A stretch of 64,000 bases of DNA. Origin: a virus. The position numbers and the translations under genes were made by a program. Positions within the stretch are counted from its first letter, which is position 1, and each line of letters begins with the position of its first letter. Location of the stretch: IMG/VR virus record IMGVR_UViG_3300025018_000100; one strand, written 5' to 3'. Under the pieces are notes generated by a model, which saw only the letters and a list, made by a program, of their open reading frames with translations, was not told the DNA's origin and did not search any database. Shown one piece after another: positions 39,216 through 49,200 of this stretch.

Positions 39216-40360
39216 TAATATTTATGACTCAATATTATCGTGGTTTGGGTCATAGTATGCGTATTAAACATATTGCAGAAGAGATTTCCAAAACTCACGA
39301 AACGATGATAGTACATCATCTATTAAAACCGCCTATAGAATTTAACGTACAACATGAAGTAACTTTAATGACTAGAGATATGATAGATCGAAGTCAAAAA
39401 AATCTTTATGAAGGCATTATGACAGAGAGTAATATAAATGCCAGATTATTCAATTACAATGAGCGAGTGCTACCCTATGTGGATGAGAGAACAGTTTTCA
39501 TCTCAGAGGGTTGGCCTTTGTGCAGACATCAATTCGCTTTTGAATTGTTCCGAATTACTGAAAGTAACAAACAAAAAGGAGCAATCCAGTTGGTTAGTAT
39601 TAGAGACTTTCCTTGGGACGAGCCTCATAGCTTATCTCTCCAAGATTGGGTCGCGGTCACTCAAAATAAAATTATCAGAGAGTACTATGATACAGTCCTT
39701 GTTCATGGTGATGCAGCAGCCCTCCCAATGTACGCAGACACTATGGCATACGCAAACAGTGAAACTATTGTTCAGGAACTTTCAGAGTTTTTATACTATA
39801 CCGGATATGTGGTTAACCCCTCCCAACCCAAATATACGGGCGGGACAAACCGCATATACGTTAGCTGTGGACTCAATAAAGAAGAGAGTCTTTACTTATT
39901 ACGGGATTTCTTAAAAATAAGTAAAGAATTACCTGAATATGAGTTTATATTTCCTATTGCAAATGAACATTTAGTCAAACAATTAGGAATGAGAAATAAA
40001 AATAACGTAACTATAGTAGATTATATACCTAATCTGCATGAAAAATTAAGTAAGTGTGCTATATTTATTACTTATGGTGGTTATAATAGTACTATGGAAG
40101 TATTGAATGGACGTGTTCCTGCTATTATCATACCTAGAAGTGATGGTAGAAAATTGGAACAGTTTGTAAGATGTTATAAATTTGAAAAATATGATATGTT
40201 TAAAGTATGTAGCCCAGATAACCTAAAAAAGATACCTGAATTAGTTAGAAAAATTAGTCAAGATATTAATTTTCCTAAGAAATGCGAATTTAACTTGAAC
40301 GGAGTTCAAAATAGTGCCGAATACATTATCCGAAAAGCAGAAATGGCAAAAAAATCTTAA
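39212..40360 (+). CDS. GT-B glycosyltransferase (GT28 C-terminal / COG4671-like)
   Basis: GLGH..R, SIRD, VLVHGD, YTGYV, GGYNSTMEV, PR..EQ. Confidence 0.8.
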   Translation: MIIFMTQYYRGLGHSMRIKHIAEEISKTHETMIVHHLLKPPIEFNVQHEVTLMTRDMIDRSQKNLYEGIMTESNINARLFNYNERVLPYVDERTVFISEGWPLCRHQFAFELFRITESNKQKGAIQLVSIRDFPWDEPHSLSLQDWVAVTQNKIIREYYDTVLVHGDAAALPMYADTMAYANSETIVQELSEFLYYTGYVVNPSQPKYTGGTNRIYVSCGLNKEESLYLLRDFLKISKELPEYEFIFPIANEHLVKQLGMRNKNNVTIVDYIPNLHEKLSKCAIFITYGGYNSTMEVLNGRVPAIIIPRSDGRKLEQFVRCYKFEKYDMFKVCSPDNLKKIPELVRKISQDINFPKKCEFNLNGVQNSAEYIIRKAEMAKKS

Positions 40361-40826
40361 ACAGGATGAGCTTAAATATATTTTAACTAAAAATGATCCT
40401 ACCAACCCCGAAGATCATGGTTGGATACATATAACTTTAAGAGATAATAAATTAAATTATAAAGTATCTAAAGCAAGACGTATAGTATTAGTAGGATGTG
40501 GGAGCTACCCTTACAGTCTGTTTGATATAGCTAAAAAATACTCTCATAATAAAGATTTAATATTTATTGGCATAGATTACGATGAGATTTGTTATAGGAT
40601 ATGCGTATCTTTAAGGAATAAGTATAATTTACAAAATTTTTATTTTTATCAATGTAGAGGTATTGATTTTAATTATTCTAATTTAATAGATGAAGACATG
40701 ATATTCTTAAGTGCTGATTTAATAGATATCGAAGATACGTATTGGCATATTATAAAAAATAGTAAAGCTCAGGTTTATATATGCAAGCCACATAAAAAAT
40801 CACCGGGATTTTATCCCGGTGATTAA
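40314..40826 (+). CDS. Class I SAM-binding protein resembling nicotianamine synthase/CntL
   Basis: IVLVGCGSYPYS and IGIDYD motifs. Confidence 0.5.
   Translation: MPNTLSEKQKWQKNLKQDELKYILTKNDPTNPEDHGWIHITLRDNKLNYKVSKARRIVLVGCGSYPYSLFDIAKKYSHNKDLIFIGIDYDEICYRICVSLRNKYNLQNFYFYQCRGIDFNYSNLIDEDMIFLSADLIDIEDTYWHIIKNSKAQVYICKPHKKSPGFYPGD
40793..40824. terminator. Terminator hairpin at the convergence of the two arms
   Basis: AATCACCGGGAT-TTT-ATCCCGGTGATT with a U-tract on the - strand; lies in the last codons of the + strand gene. Confidence 0.85.
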
Positions 40827-40828
40827 GT

Positions 40829-41014
40829 TTACTTCTTCTTATACTTAGTTGTCTTCTTTTTGGGCATTTTTTTAGGGTCGGCTTTATTGCCAGCCATTTT
40901 TGATTTCATTGCTGCAACTAATTGAGGCGGCATTTTTTTCTTTGCGTCCATAGTTTTCTCTCTTTTTAGCACCTTTAACATATTACGTTGTAAAAATAAA
41001 GGGACTACTGACAT
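40829..41014 (-). CDS. Small Lys-rich basic protein
   Basis: KKMPKKKTTKYKKK; start 41014 (TAATG overlap) or 40951. Confidence 0.6.
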   Translation of the reverse strand: MSVVPLFLQRNMLKVLKREKTMDAKKKMPPQLVAAMKSKMAGNKADPKKMPKKKTTKYKKK

Positions 41015-41280
41015 TAAAATTTATTAAATGTATTTTGAGCAGAAAATTTCTTGCCCACGCCAGTCTTTTTTGGTCCCTTTGTAAGAGAGCCTGCTCCACC
41101 AGTTACGGGTGCACCGTTACCTGCTGAAGGGTTAACATTGTAGTTTCCTACACCGTTAGACTTCCCGGCACCTGTTAAAGTTTGTGTGCCTTTCTTTGCT
41201 GGTCCTTTCTGTACTCCACCTTTAGGTGTTACAGAATTTACACCATTATTTGATGGGGTACCGCTTGCTGTTTTTGCCAT
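41014..41280 (-). CDS. Small Gly/Lys/Asn-rich low-complexity protein
   Basis: AAGGAG SD; no Asp or Glu; KGP.K repeated. Confidence 0.75.
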   Translation of the reverse strand: MAKTASGTPSNNGVNSVTPKGGVQKGPAKKGTQTLTGAGKSNGVGNYNVNPSAGNGAPVTGGAGSLTKGPKKTGVGKKFSAQNTFNKF

Positions 41281-41293
41281 AGTAATTATCTCC

Positions 41294-41491
41294 TTATTTA
41301 GAACGACGAAGTCTTGTTTGATTCATTGCAATGGCGATTGCCTGTTTTTTATTAGTAACAGTTTTACCGCTTCCAGACTTTAGTTTGCCTTGTTTAAAGC
41401 TATCTATAGTCGAACCTACTCGTTTACGTTCACTATCTTTAAAATTTAGTAATGATTTTTTCCTTTGTTTCTTTTTAAGATTTTTCATCAT
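41294..41491 (-). CDS. DUF6496-like basic protein
   Basis: FKQGKLKSGSGKTVTNKKQAIAIAM; ATG 41491 follows the promoter, and the track's TTG at 41527 is the -35 box. Confidence 0.7.
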   Translation of the reverse strand: MMKNLKKKQRKKSLLNFKDSERKRVGSTIDSFKQGKLKSGSGKTVTNKKQAIAIAMNQTRLRRSK

Positions 41492-41498
41492 ATTATAT

Positions 41499-41527
41499 AT
41501 TATATTAAAAATTAAGCGTAATAGCAA
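41499..41527 (-). promoter_or_regulatory. Sigma70-type promoter
   Basis: TTGCTA-17 nt-TATAAT on the - strand. Confidence 0.75.
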
Positions 41528-41530
41528 ATA

Positions 41531-42118
41531 TTAATTTTTAATATTATCTATATGATCTTGAATCATATCGTGTAATGTTAAAATAGATGTTTTGGGTATA
41601 TTATATCCTTTTAAATAGGTTTCTAGGATATTCATTAAAGTATCTACTTGATCTACCGCTTCAAAAACTTTTTTCTCGGCCTCTCGTCTATTAAGAAGAC
41701 CTTTAATTACTCTACCATTATCATATTTCCAACGTAATAACTGATTTGCAGCTTCTATATAATCATTAGCATTTAGTTTTCTCAATAAAGTAGAAGTTTC
41801 AAAAGCTGTTTCTCCTACGTTATAAGTAAAACTAACTAATGCATCGAATTGATTTTGATTAATTTCTACATCTACAGAGTCATTAACTGAGGCTTCCGCC
41901 CATTTTACATCATGAGCAAGCCATACACTAGCTTGTTCAGGGGTGCAAGTCATTCCTTTAGTTACACGTTTCCCGTTGATTTTAGTAGTACCGTAACCAA
42001 TAGTCCATACCCCCCCTGTATCTAGGTATGCTTCATCTTCAAATCCTTCCCAGAATTGAATAAATTTTAATCCCTCTAATGAGAGAGACATTCTATTTTT
42101 AAGTCCCATATCCTTCAC
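41531..42118 (-). CDS. GH24 lysozyme (endolysin)
   Basis: EG....AYLD.GGVWTIGYGTT (E-D-T triad), NQFDALVSF.YNVG, GLLNRREAE. Confidence 0.93.
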   Translation of the reverse strand: MKDMGLKNRMSLSLEGLKFIQFWEGFEDEAYLDTGGVWTIGYGTTKINGKRVTKGMTCTPEQASVWLAHDVKWAEASVNDSVDVEINQNQFDALVSFTYNVGETAFETSTLLRKLNANDYIEAANQLLRWKYDNGRVIKGLLNRREAEKKVFEAVDQVDTLMNILETYLKGYNIPKTSILTLHDMIQDHIDNIKN

Positions 42119-43085
42119 CTGCCTTCCAATTTTTTATTTCGCCAGTTGTTAAATCTTCTTCTATTTTTTCTCTGCTGCTTATAATCTTTCCGCACTGGCT
42201 TTTGCAGAGTTTGAAACTTCTATCATATCCATGTAAAAAGCTTTGGAGTTTTTCCCAGTAATCTTTCTCAAGTATTTTTTGAATGGGGACATGAAAACCA
42301 TTGAACATATTTTCAAACTTTGTAGGATAATAGAATCGGTCATTAACTTTATCATAATAATGGCCTCCAGTCCAACAGCATCTAAAAACATTACCGTCTG
42401 GAGACACATACCATTTACCCCAGTCATACCAACTACATATAATTTTTTTAGGTAATTTTTCAATCTTTTCCACCTTCTTTGCGTGCACAAAAGGACCGGA
42501 TGTTGGAGCTCTAAAGTCTCTATTAGTTTTTACAGTACTAAAAGTAGTAAAACCCAACTCTTTAGCTCTTTTATGGGCTTCCTCAACTTGATGCTCATTG
42601 TAATCAAATACTATATATTTCCAGTGTACTTTAGGTCTATTAGTAGAAATAACAGCACATGCATTACGTATAACATTCTCGTATTTAGTATTAATTCTAT
42701 ATATATGATGTGTATCTTCTAACCCATCAATATCAAAATTAATTATATCTTTATCAGTAAGTATATTACCTACATCAATCCAATAATCTTCTGAGTGAAT
42801 AGCTCCATTAGTATGAATTATTATTTTAGTATCATGTTCTTTGACATAACTAATAATTTCTCTAAATTCTTTATTCATTATACTATCACCAAAATTACCG
42901 TTAATTACTAACCATTCTAAATTATTTAAAAGTTCACTATTAAATAAAATTTTAAAATTCTCTAAGGTAATAGTATATTTTTTATCGTTAAGATTAATAC
43001 GTAAAGGCTTCATTCTATGACAAGCTGGGCACTGAGCGTTACATCTAAAAGTAAGTTCCGTACTTATTTGTTTATATTTCTTCAT
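42099..43085 (-). CDS. Radical SAM enzyme with SPASM/twitch-like domain
   Basis: CNAQCPAC, GNFGD, HTNG, IDGL, C...VSPDGNVFRCCW...CKSQC. Confidence 0.9.
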   Translation of the reverse strand: MKKYKQISTELTFRCNAQCPACHRMKPLRINLNDKKYTITLENFKILFNSELLNNLEWLVINGNFGDSIMNKEFREIISYVKEHDTKIIIHTNGAIHSEDYWIDVGNILTDKDIINFDIDGLEDTHHIYRINTKYENVIRNACAVISTNRPKVHWKYIVFDYNEHQVEEAHKRAKELGFTTFSTVKTNRDFRAPTSGPFVHAKKVEKIEKLPKKIICSWYDWGKWYVSPDGNVFRCCWTGGHYYDKVNDRFYYPTKFENMFNGFHVPIQKILEKDYWEKLQSFLHGYDRSFKLCKSQCGKIISSREKIEEDLTTGEIKNWKAGEGYGT

Positions 43086-44605
43086 TATGGTTTGTAAAAA
43101 GCGTTAATTATAATATACTCCCCCTCTATCATTGTTGTGTCTATAAATTGTATTGTATTATTTCCAGTGTTAAGTACCCACTCATTTTCAGGCTGAGCTA
43201 CCCCTCCTAAAAATATACTAACATACTCTGCACCGGGGATAGTACCTGGTGCACCTACAAAGTAAATATTGCTAGACGTAGAAGTAACTGTATTAGTCCA
43301 AGGAATTACATTAATAGTAGCACCAATAGAAGCAATATTATCTTGTAATACATTTAAATTAGCTGTTAAGCTAAGATAACTGTTGTAATCATTAGCCATA
43401 GCGGCGATATAAGTAGCATAGTCATTAGCTTTATATTCGGTTCCTAGTTGATTATATGTTGAAAAATCATTAGCTTTTGCAGAATTAAAGGTAGTTAAAT
43501 CATTAGCCATAGCTGCTAAATAAGTAACAACGTCATTAGCTCTGTAATCATTAGTTATTTGTGTATAAGTAGTATAATCATTTGCGTTAGCAAAAGTAAA
43601 AGTTATACTATCGTTAGCTTGATAATCTTGTCGTCTAGCTATATCATCAGCGCTTGTTAAAGGTCCTGTACCTAATCTAAATTTACTACCACTACCGCTT
43701 GCGTATACAATATTAGCTAATATTTGGTTATTGCTACCTGTTATTGCTAATCCTGCACCCTCTGCTGTAGCATCAGTACCGTTCCAGTTTACTGCAATAG
43801 TTGTATCTTCGCTAGTAACTGTTTCTGTATTAGCGGTAAAGCTATTTCCTTCAACAGTAACGTTACCTATAATAATAACATCACCCTGAAATATCTTTAG
43901 AGGGGCTGTAAATTCATCAGTCCCAGCTAAAATAGCATTATAAGTTGCAAAATCATTTGCATTAAATGAAGACTGTATATCAGAATATTCTTGACCATCA
44001 AGTAAATCAGCATTTAACCCACTACCTGGACCATCATTACCTTCATGCCAAATTACAGAACTACCACCAGAATAAGGACTAGTTCCGAATTCCCATCTGT
44101 TATTAGGTAAACTATAGGTTAACGCATTAGCGGTTTGTAGTACATTTTCTTTTTTAGGTATTAAATAAACCACCCCTAGATCATTAGTAATAATAGCTAT
44201 ACCGTTAGCAGAAGCACTATTAGCATTTTCTAATACTTCAAGACCTATACTATTAGGGGCTACTCTAATATCTAATGATCCAGTCATTACATCACCAGTT
44301 ACATTAACAAAATCATTAGTTACTTGAAGAAAAGTAGCATAGTCATTTGCAAGAGCAGCTTGATAAGTAAGATAATCATTAGCTTTAGATTGTAAAAACG
44401 TAGCAAAATCATTTGCTCTAAATGCATTAGTAGTAGTACTAACATTACTTTGCACTGCTGATACGTTAGCAGTTTCATCTAGTTTTGTTATGTCTATTGA
44501 ACCGTTAATATAGTGTCTATTTTCAATCTGATTAGATTGAATATTATAGCCCATAATGGTATTACTACTAATTACACTATTAGTTACTTTTGTTAAGTCT
44601 GACAT
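43085..44605 (-). CDS. Tail fibre-like protein with 11/15-residue AND-x-x-T-Y/F repeats
   Basis: GDVMTGSL and WHEGNDGPGSGLNADLLDG fibre motifs; 11 AND repeats. Confidence 0.75.
   Translation of the reverse strand: MSDLTKVTNSVISSNTIMGYNIQSNQIENRHYINGSIDITKLDETANVSAVQSNVSTTTNAFRANDFATFLQSKANDYLTYQAALANDYATFLQVTNDFVNVTGDVMTGSLDIRVAPNSIGLEVLENANSASANGIAIITNDLGVVYLIPKKENVLQTANALTYSLPNNRWEFGTSPYSGGSSVIWHEGNDGPGSGLNADLLDGQEYSDIQSSFNANDFATYNAILAGTDEFTAPLKIFQGDVIIIGNVTVEGNSFTANTETVTSEDTTIAVNWNGTDATAEGAGLAITGSNNQILANIVYASGSGSKFRLGTGPLTSADDIARRQDYQANDSITFTFANANDYTTYTQITNDYRANDVVTYLAAMANDLTTFNSAKANDFSTYNQLGTEYKANDYATYIAAMANDYNSYLSLTANLNVLQDNIASIGATINVIPWTNTVTSTSSNIYFVGAPGTIPGAEYVSIFLGGVAQPENEWVLNTGNNTIQFIDTTMIEGEYIIINAFYKP
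43378..44420 (-). repeat. Protein-level repeats A-N-D-x-x-[TS]-[YF], 11 copies (DNA core GC[TA]AA[TC]GA[TC])
   Basis: RANDFATF, KANDYLTY, LANDYATF, NANDFATY, QANDSITF, NANDYTTY, RANDVVTY, MANDLTTF, KANDFSTY, KANDYATY, MANDYNSY. Confidence 0.9.
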
Positions 44606-44620
44606 TTATATACCTGAAGA

Positions 44621-45067
44621 TTATTTATCTTCTTCCTCTATTTCAGCAAAAAATTCTGCTAAAAGGTCTTTTTGCTGAACAGGTGTGTTTTCTGTTTCAC
44701 TAAAAAACTCATCAATAAATTTCTGAACCTGTTCATCGTTAGATGGTGGTTTATTGAGGTCATCGTAGCTACCTGCAATAGCTTTATTAGCTATATCATC
44801 ACATATAGTCTGTTCTTCTTTAGTTAAAATTTGAATTGAACCATCTAACCAAGATTTTGTTGTCACATTGACGGGTTGTTCAATATAAATAAAATAAACA
44901 TCCCCATCTAATAACGTAAACCCGTCTTCTATCTCTAAAAATTTATCAAGAGGAAATCCATTTTTATAAAAAGATTTATTTCCTTCTTCATCTTTACCTC
45001 TTAATTCTAATGTAAACCTATTAATACTCTCGTCGAAAGTAATTTTTTTATAACTTATTTCTTTCAT
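44621..45067 (-). CDS. Hypothetical acidic protein (possible fibre chaperone)
   Basis: GAGG SD; lies between two fibre genes; acidic amphipathic C-terminus. Confidence 0.55.
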   Translation of the reverse strand: MKEISYKKITFDESINRFTLELRGKDEEGNKSFYKNGFPLDKFLEIEDGFTLLDGDVYFIYIEQPVNVTTKSWLDGSIQILTKEEQTICDDIANKAIAGSYDDLNKPPSNDEQVQKFIDEFFSETENTPVQQKDLLAEFFAEIEEEDK

Positions 45068-45077
45068 GTTTTTCCTC

Positions 45078-46241
45078 TTAATATTTAATTATATAATTTA
45101 AAGCAGTTACCGGGTTAGTAATTGTATGAGTGTGCCCACTCTCAGGTTGAACATCTGTAAGGACGTTAGTAGTAGTACTATCTTTTGCGCTAGCTGCAAC
45201 AGTTGTAGTAACATTAGTGTGATCGTGACTACCCCCACCACCACTTGTTGTTTCTCCAGAACTGTTAACACTAGTACTTGAAGTAGTTCCTAAAGTCATA
45301 TTACCAGCACCTACTACAGATTTATTTTGTAGATTAGGTATATTAAACGTAGTTGACCCATCACCGACACCGTATATAGTACCAATTAGAGCAAATAAGG
45401 TTGCATATGTGGTTCTATTGATAGCTGTACCATCGCAGATAAACCATCCTACAGGTGCCGAAGACCCCGCAAAAGGTAATACAACTCCGGGAGGTAATAA
45501 ATCACCGAAGCTACCGGATTCACTTTCAAACTTTTTAAACTCAGCAGCTCTAATAGTATAAGGATTATTTAACCCATCAGTTACAGTCAGAGCGCTAGAA
45601 GAGGCATTGTGTGATACCATAGCGCTACTATTAATAGTATTAAAACTAATACTAGTATTACCGAAATCCGAATATAATTGAACAGCAGAAGTTAGATAAG
45701 TATCTTGATTATCGATATCAAACTTTTGTGCTGCGGTCCATACTCTAGAACTATCTGTTACACCTACATTACTACTTAATTTTTGTCCTGTGACTTGTCC
45801 ATTCCCAATCATATTAGTAGTAATACTTCCATTATTTGGAGGTATACCAATATCAACTATAATTCCCGCATTACTAGTTTTCATATATAGTCTAGAATTA
45901 GCGCCAACTGTTTTAAACAATTCTCCTACTTCGTAATCACTGCTAGAGTAGGAGCTTAAATCTTCAATTATTCTACTACCAATACCATTTACAGTGAAGC
46001 TACCAGCTCCCCCTTTAGTAAAGTTGTAATCTTTTATATATAATACACCGTTAGTAGAATTTCTCCATAGTAACCCGTCATCAGGAGTAGTAGCTACACC
46101 TTCTAACAAATAATTAGATGAAGTTGGTCTAGCAGGCCCATAAAAATTAGTAGCTAATGCTTTATGACTATTATTCCAAAAACCTCTAGCTAAGATTAAG
46201 GCTGTTGCGGCTGATGGTGTTGAGAAGGTATTTGAAACCAT
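45078..46241 (-). CDS. Tail fibre protein with phage tail-collar domain
   Basis: PPGVVLPFAG..AP.GWFICDG..I.RT.YA.LFALIG..YG.GDGSTTFNIPNL ... LNYIIKY. Confidence 0.9.
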   Translation of the reverse strand: MVSNTFSTPSAATALILARGFWNNSHKALATNFYGPARPTSSNYLLEGVATTPDDGLLWRNSTNGVLYIKDYNFTKGGAGSFTVNGIGSRIIEDLSSYSSSDYEVGELFKTVGANSRLYMKTSNAGIIVDIGIPPNNGSITTNMIGNGQVTGQKLSSNVGVTDSSRVWTAAQKFDIDNQDTYLTSAVQLYSDFGNTSISFNTINSSAMVSHNASSSALTVTDGLNNPYTIRAAEFKKFESESGSFGDLLPPGVVLPFAGSSAPVGWFICDGTAINRTTYATLFALIGTIYGVGDGSTTFNIPNLQNKSVVGAGNMTLGTTSSTSVNSSGETTSGGGGSHDHTNVTTTVAASAKDSTTTNVLTDVQPESGHTHTITNPVTALNYIIKY

Positions 46242-46247
46242 TTTATA

Positions 46248-49200
46248 TTAAACTCCTATTGCTGTTACTGTAACTTCTACACCTGTAACGGCTGATCCTG
46301 TATTGCTATACACATTTATATTTGCCCCATCTTTACTCCATCCAGGAATCAATACAGGTAAGTAGTTATTATCTGAACCTAAAGTCAATGTAATATTAGG
46401 TGGCTCAATAAATTGTCTGTTAGAGAAATCTATTGATTGTGGTGAAGTGGTAACAGTTATTGTTTCTGTATAAATTTTATTTTCTATATCAATGCTATAA
46501 TTAAGTTTATCTAGTAAATAATCTGCCTGATTAGGTTGTGAGTTTTGTACATTAAATCTAACTTGAAACCAACGGAAATTAATAGTAGAGCCACCATAAG
46601 GCTTCCAACCATCATTTGTAACCCCATCAGAGAATACTAGAGCATTAACATTACCGTTCGCATAGTAAGGATTAGCTGTAGTATATCTATACTCTAAGTT
46701 AGTATCAATAATACCGTTTTGTCCTTGGAAAGTTAATTGACCAGTATCATCAATAAATTGTTCTAAATTCACTAACTCATAACTAGTAGAACTATTAATA
46801 TTAGATAATAAATTAGTACCTGTTGGCATACCGTTAGCCCAATAACTATCACCTAGTGCTATAGCATTAGCGTTTATTACTCCAGCTATTAACGCCCAAC
46901 TATTAGCATTGGCATCGTCTCCAACATACTGTCCAGCATTCCAAATAGCATAAACATTTCCTGCATCTCCACCACTTGTGAGAGTACGGAAGTATGAATT
47001 ATATGATACAACAGCAGCCGTAGCATTGTCAAATCCTAAAATATGACCTATTCCCCCGAAATCTACGTCTACTAATACGTTATCTCCTGGAGAAGTTTCT
47101 GTAGCACCTGTTAAAATAATTTCTTTTAAGTCATTAAAAGTAGATGTTATACCCTGAGAACCATTAGCAGTTACAATAATACTTCCAGTAATTACGGAAC
47201 CCACATCTCTGATTTGAGTAGTATAAGTAGCGTTATCATCAGCTAAAAGATCAGTAGGACTACCACTAATAACAGTCCAACCAGAACTAGAACCATTAGC
47301 ATTATCTACAAGTCCAGAAGATGCACTACTTAAGCCACCTAAACTATCTGCAAAACTAGGATAATTATTTTCAAAAGGAGCTTCATTTGGTTGTCCCGTG
47401 ATAATGTTACTTGAAGGTTCGTCTTCACTCCAAGCTTTATATGCATCAATTCTAGCAGGTCTTTGTGTACTAATTGTTAATGTTCTAATTTCTTCACTCT
47501 CATTACTGCTAGTATCTTTAGTCTTAAAGAAATAGGTATAAACTCCATAATTTCCAATACTTAGAGTTACACTATTTGCAGGGGTAGCTACCTTAGCTAC
47601 AGGATCAGCAATAGGCCATTTACTAGCAGCATCAGCTGGGTCTACAATACCTCCAAGTCTTTTAATAATTATTTCATTTAGATCTAAATCAACAACAGTC
47701 CCGTCAGAATTAGTAGGAACCTTCCAAATAAACTTAAGAGTTTGTCCTTCTTGGCCCCCTGCTACTCCTTGAATATTTAAAGGAGGTGCAGATTTACCAA
47801 TTATACTTTGAGAAGCTTCAGCAGTAATACCACGTATACCTTTATTTAAAGGTACAACTCTAACAGTAATACTATTAATAGCAGAAATTCTGCCTCTATC
47901 AAGGTTATTAATAACATAACGAATCTTACCATCTGAGTCAATACCAGAGGCTGGAAGTTTAACAGTATTAAAAGTGGATAAATCTGCGCTAGAAGAGTTT
48001 AATTTGAAACTAACTTCGTAGTCACTAACTTCTTGATCTAAAATAGCATCAAAAGATATTACAGCTCTTACTATAATCCCTTGTGAAGTATCCTTATAAA
48101 GTTGCTCACTGATAGTAAGATTATCTACTTTTTTAATAGGTATTTCATTAATTTGTACTTCTTTTCTAACAAAAGGGCTTCTTCTACCGCTACTATTCAT
48201 ATTTCTAGCTCTAACTATACTAATTCCCGGATTAACGTCTTTCAATACTCTATCCGAAGACAGTGTTACAGGTTTAAAATCTAAGGGAACTTGAATATTG
48301 TATAATTGATTATTAGCTAAGTTAAAGTTACCTGTATACACATTTTCATTGTAATCTAAAGAAAAACTGTTAGCTACTACATCAACATTACCTATTAGAC
48401 CTACGATATCATTACTGATGTTAACAAAAGTTAAGCCGGAAACATTAGCTTTGATATTATCTCTTAATTCTATTTCATAAAAATTAGCAGTAGTCAAATC
48501 AACATTGTATGTAGGACTACTAATATCATAACTTACATTAGCTACAGCATATACGTTTTCTGAATAAAAACTAATATTATCACCAATTTCTACAGCAGGG
48601 GCAGTATAATAGTCTACTCTTGTTTTTAGTAAGCGAGTACCACTACTAATATCTAAGGTGATATTAGATAAATTATCCCAAACCCATGCACCTTTTGGTT
48701 CGATATTACCATCTACCCATACAGTTATTTCATTACTAGTTCTTGGTTTAATTTTAAGATCAAAAGTATTACTTCCTGTAAGGTTTTCAACATTATTTAC
48801 TACTTGTCTGTATTTATTTGAGCCAGTAATATAAAACTTTTTACTAGTAAAAAATCTAGTATCAATAATTTGTGCTAGCTTAGCATAAAAAGGTGGTGTA
48901 GGTAATACATCAAATAGCCCGACTCCTTGAGATTGTTCATTTTCAAAAGTAATAGTATTAGCACTAATATTATAAGATAAAATATTACTACTATATTGAG
49001 TTACGCTAGGATTGTATCCCACAAAATCTAATGCAGCTCCGGTATTAGATTTTTCATTAACAGGTACAGAAATGTAGTCTAAACCTTTTAGTCCATTAAA
49101 AAAGCCATCATTAACCTCTAAAAGGTGGTTAGAAAAATTTTTATCTTCTAACAAATTTAACCCTTCAACATTTAGCAATACATTAGAATCCATATCAATA

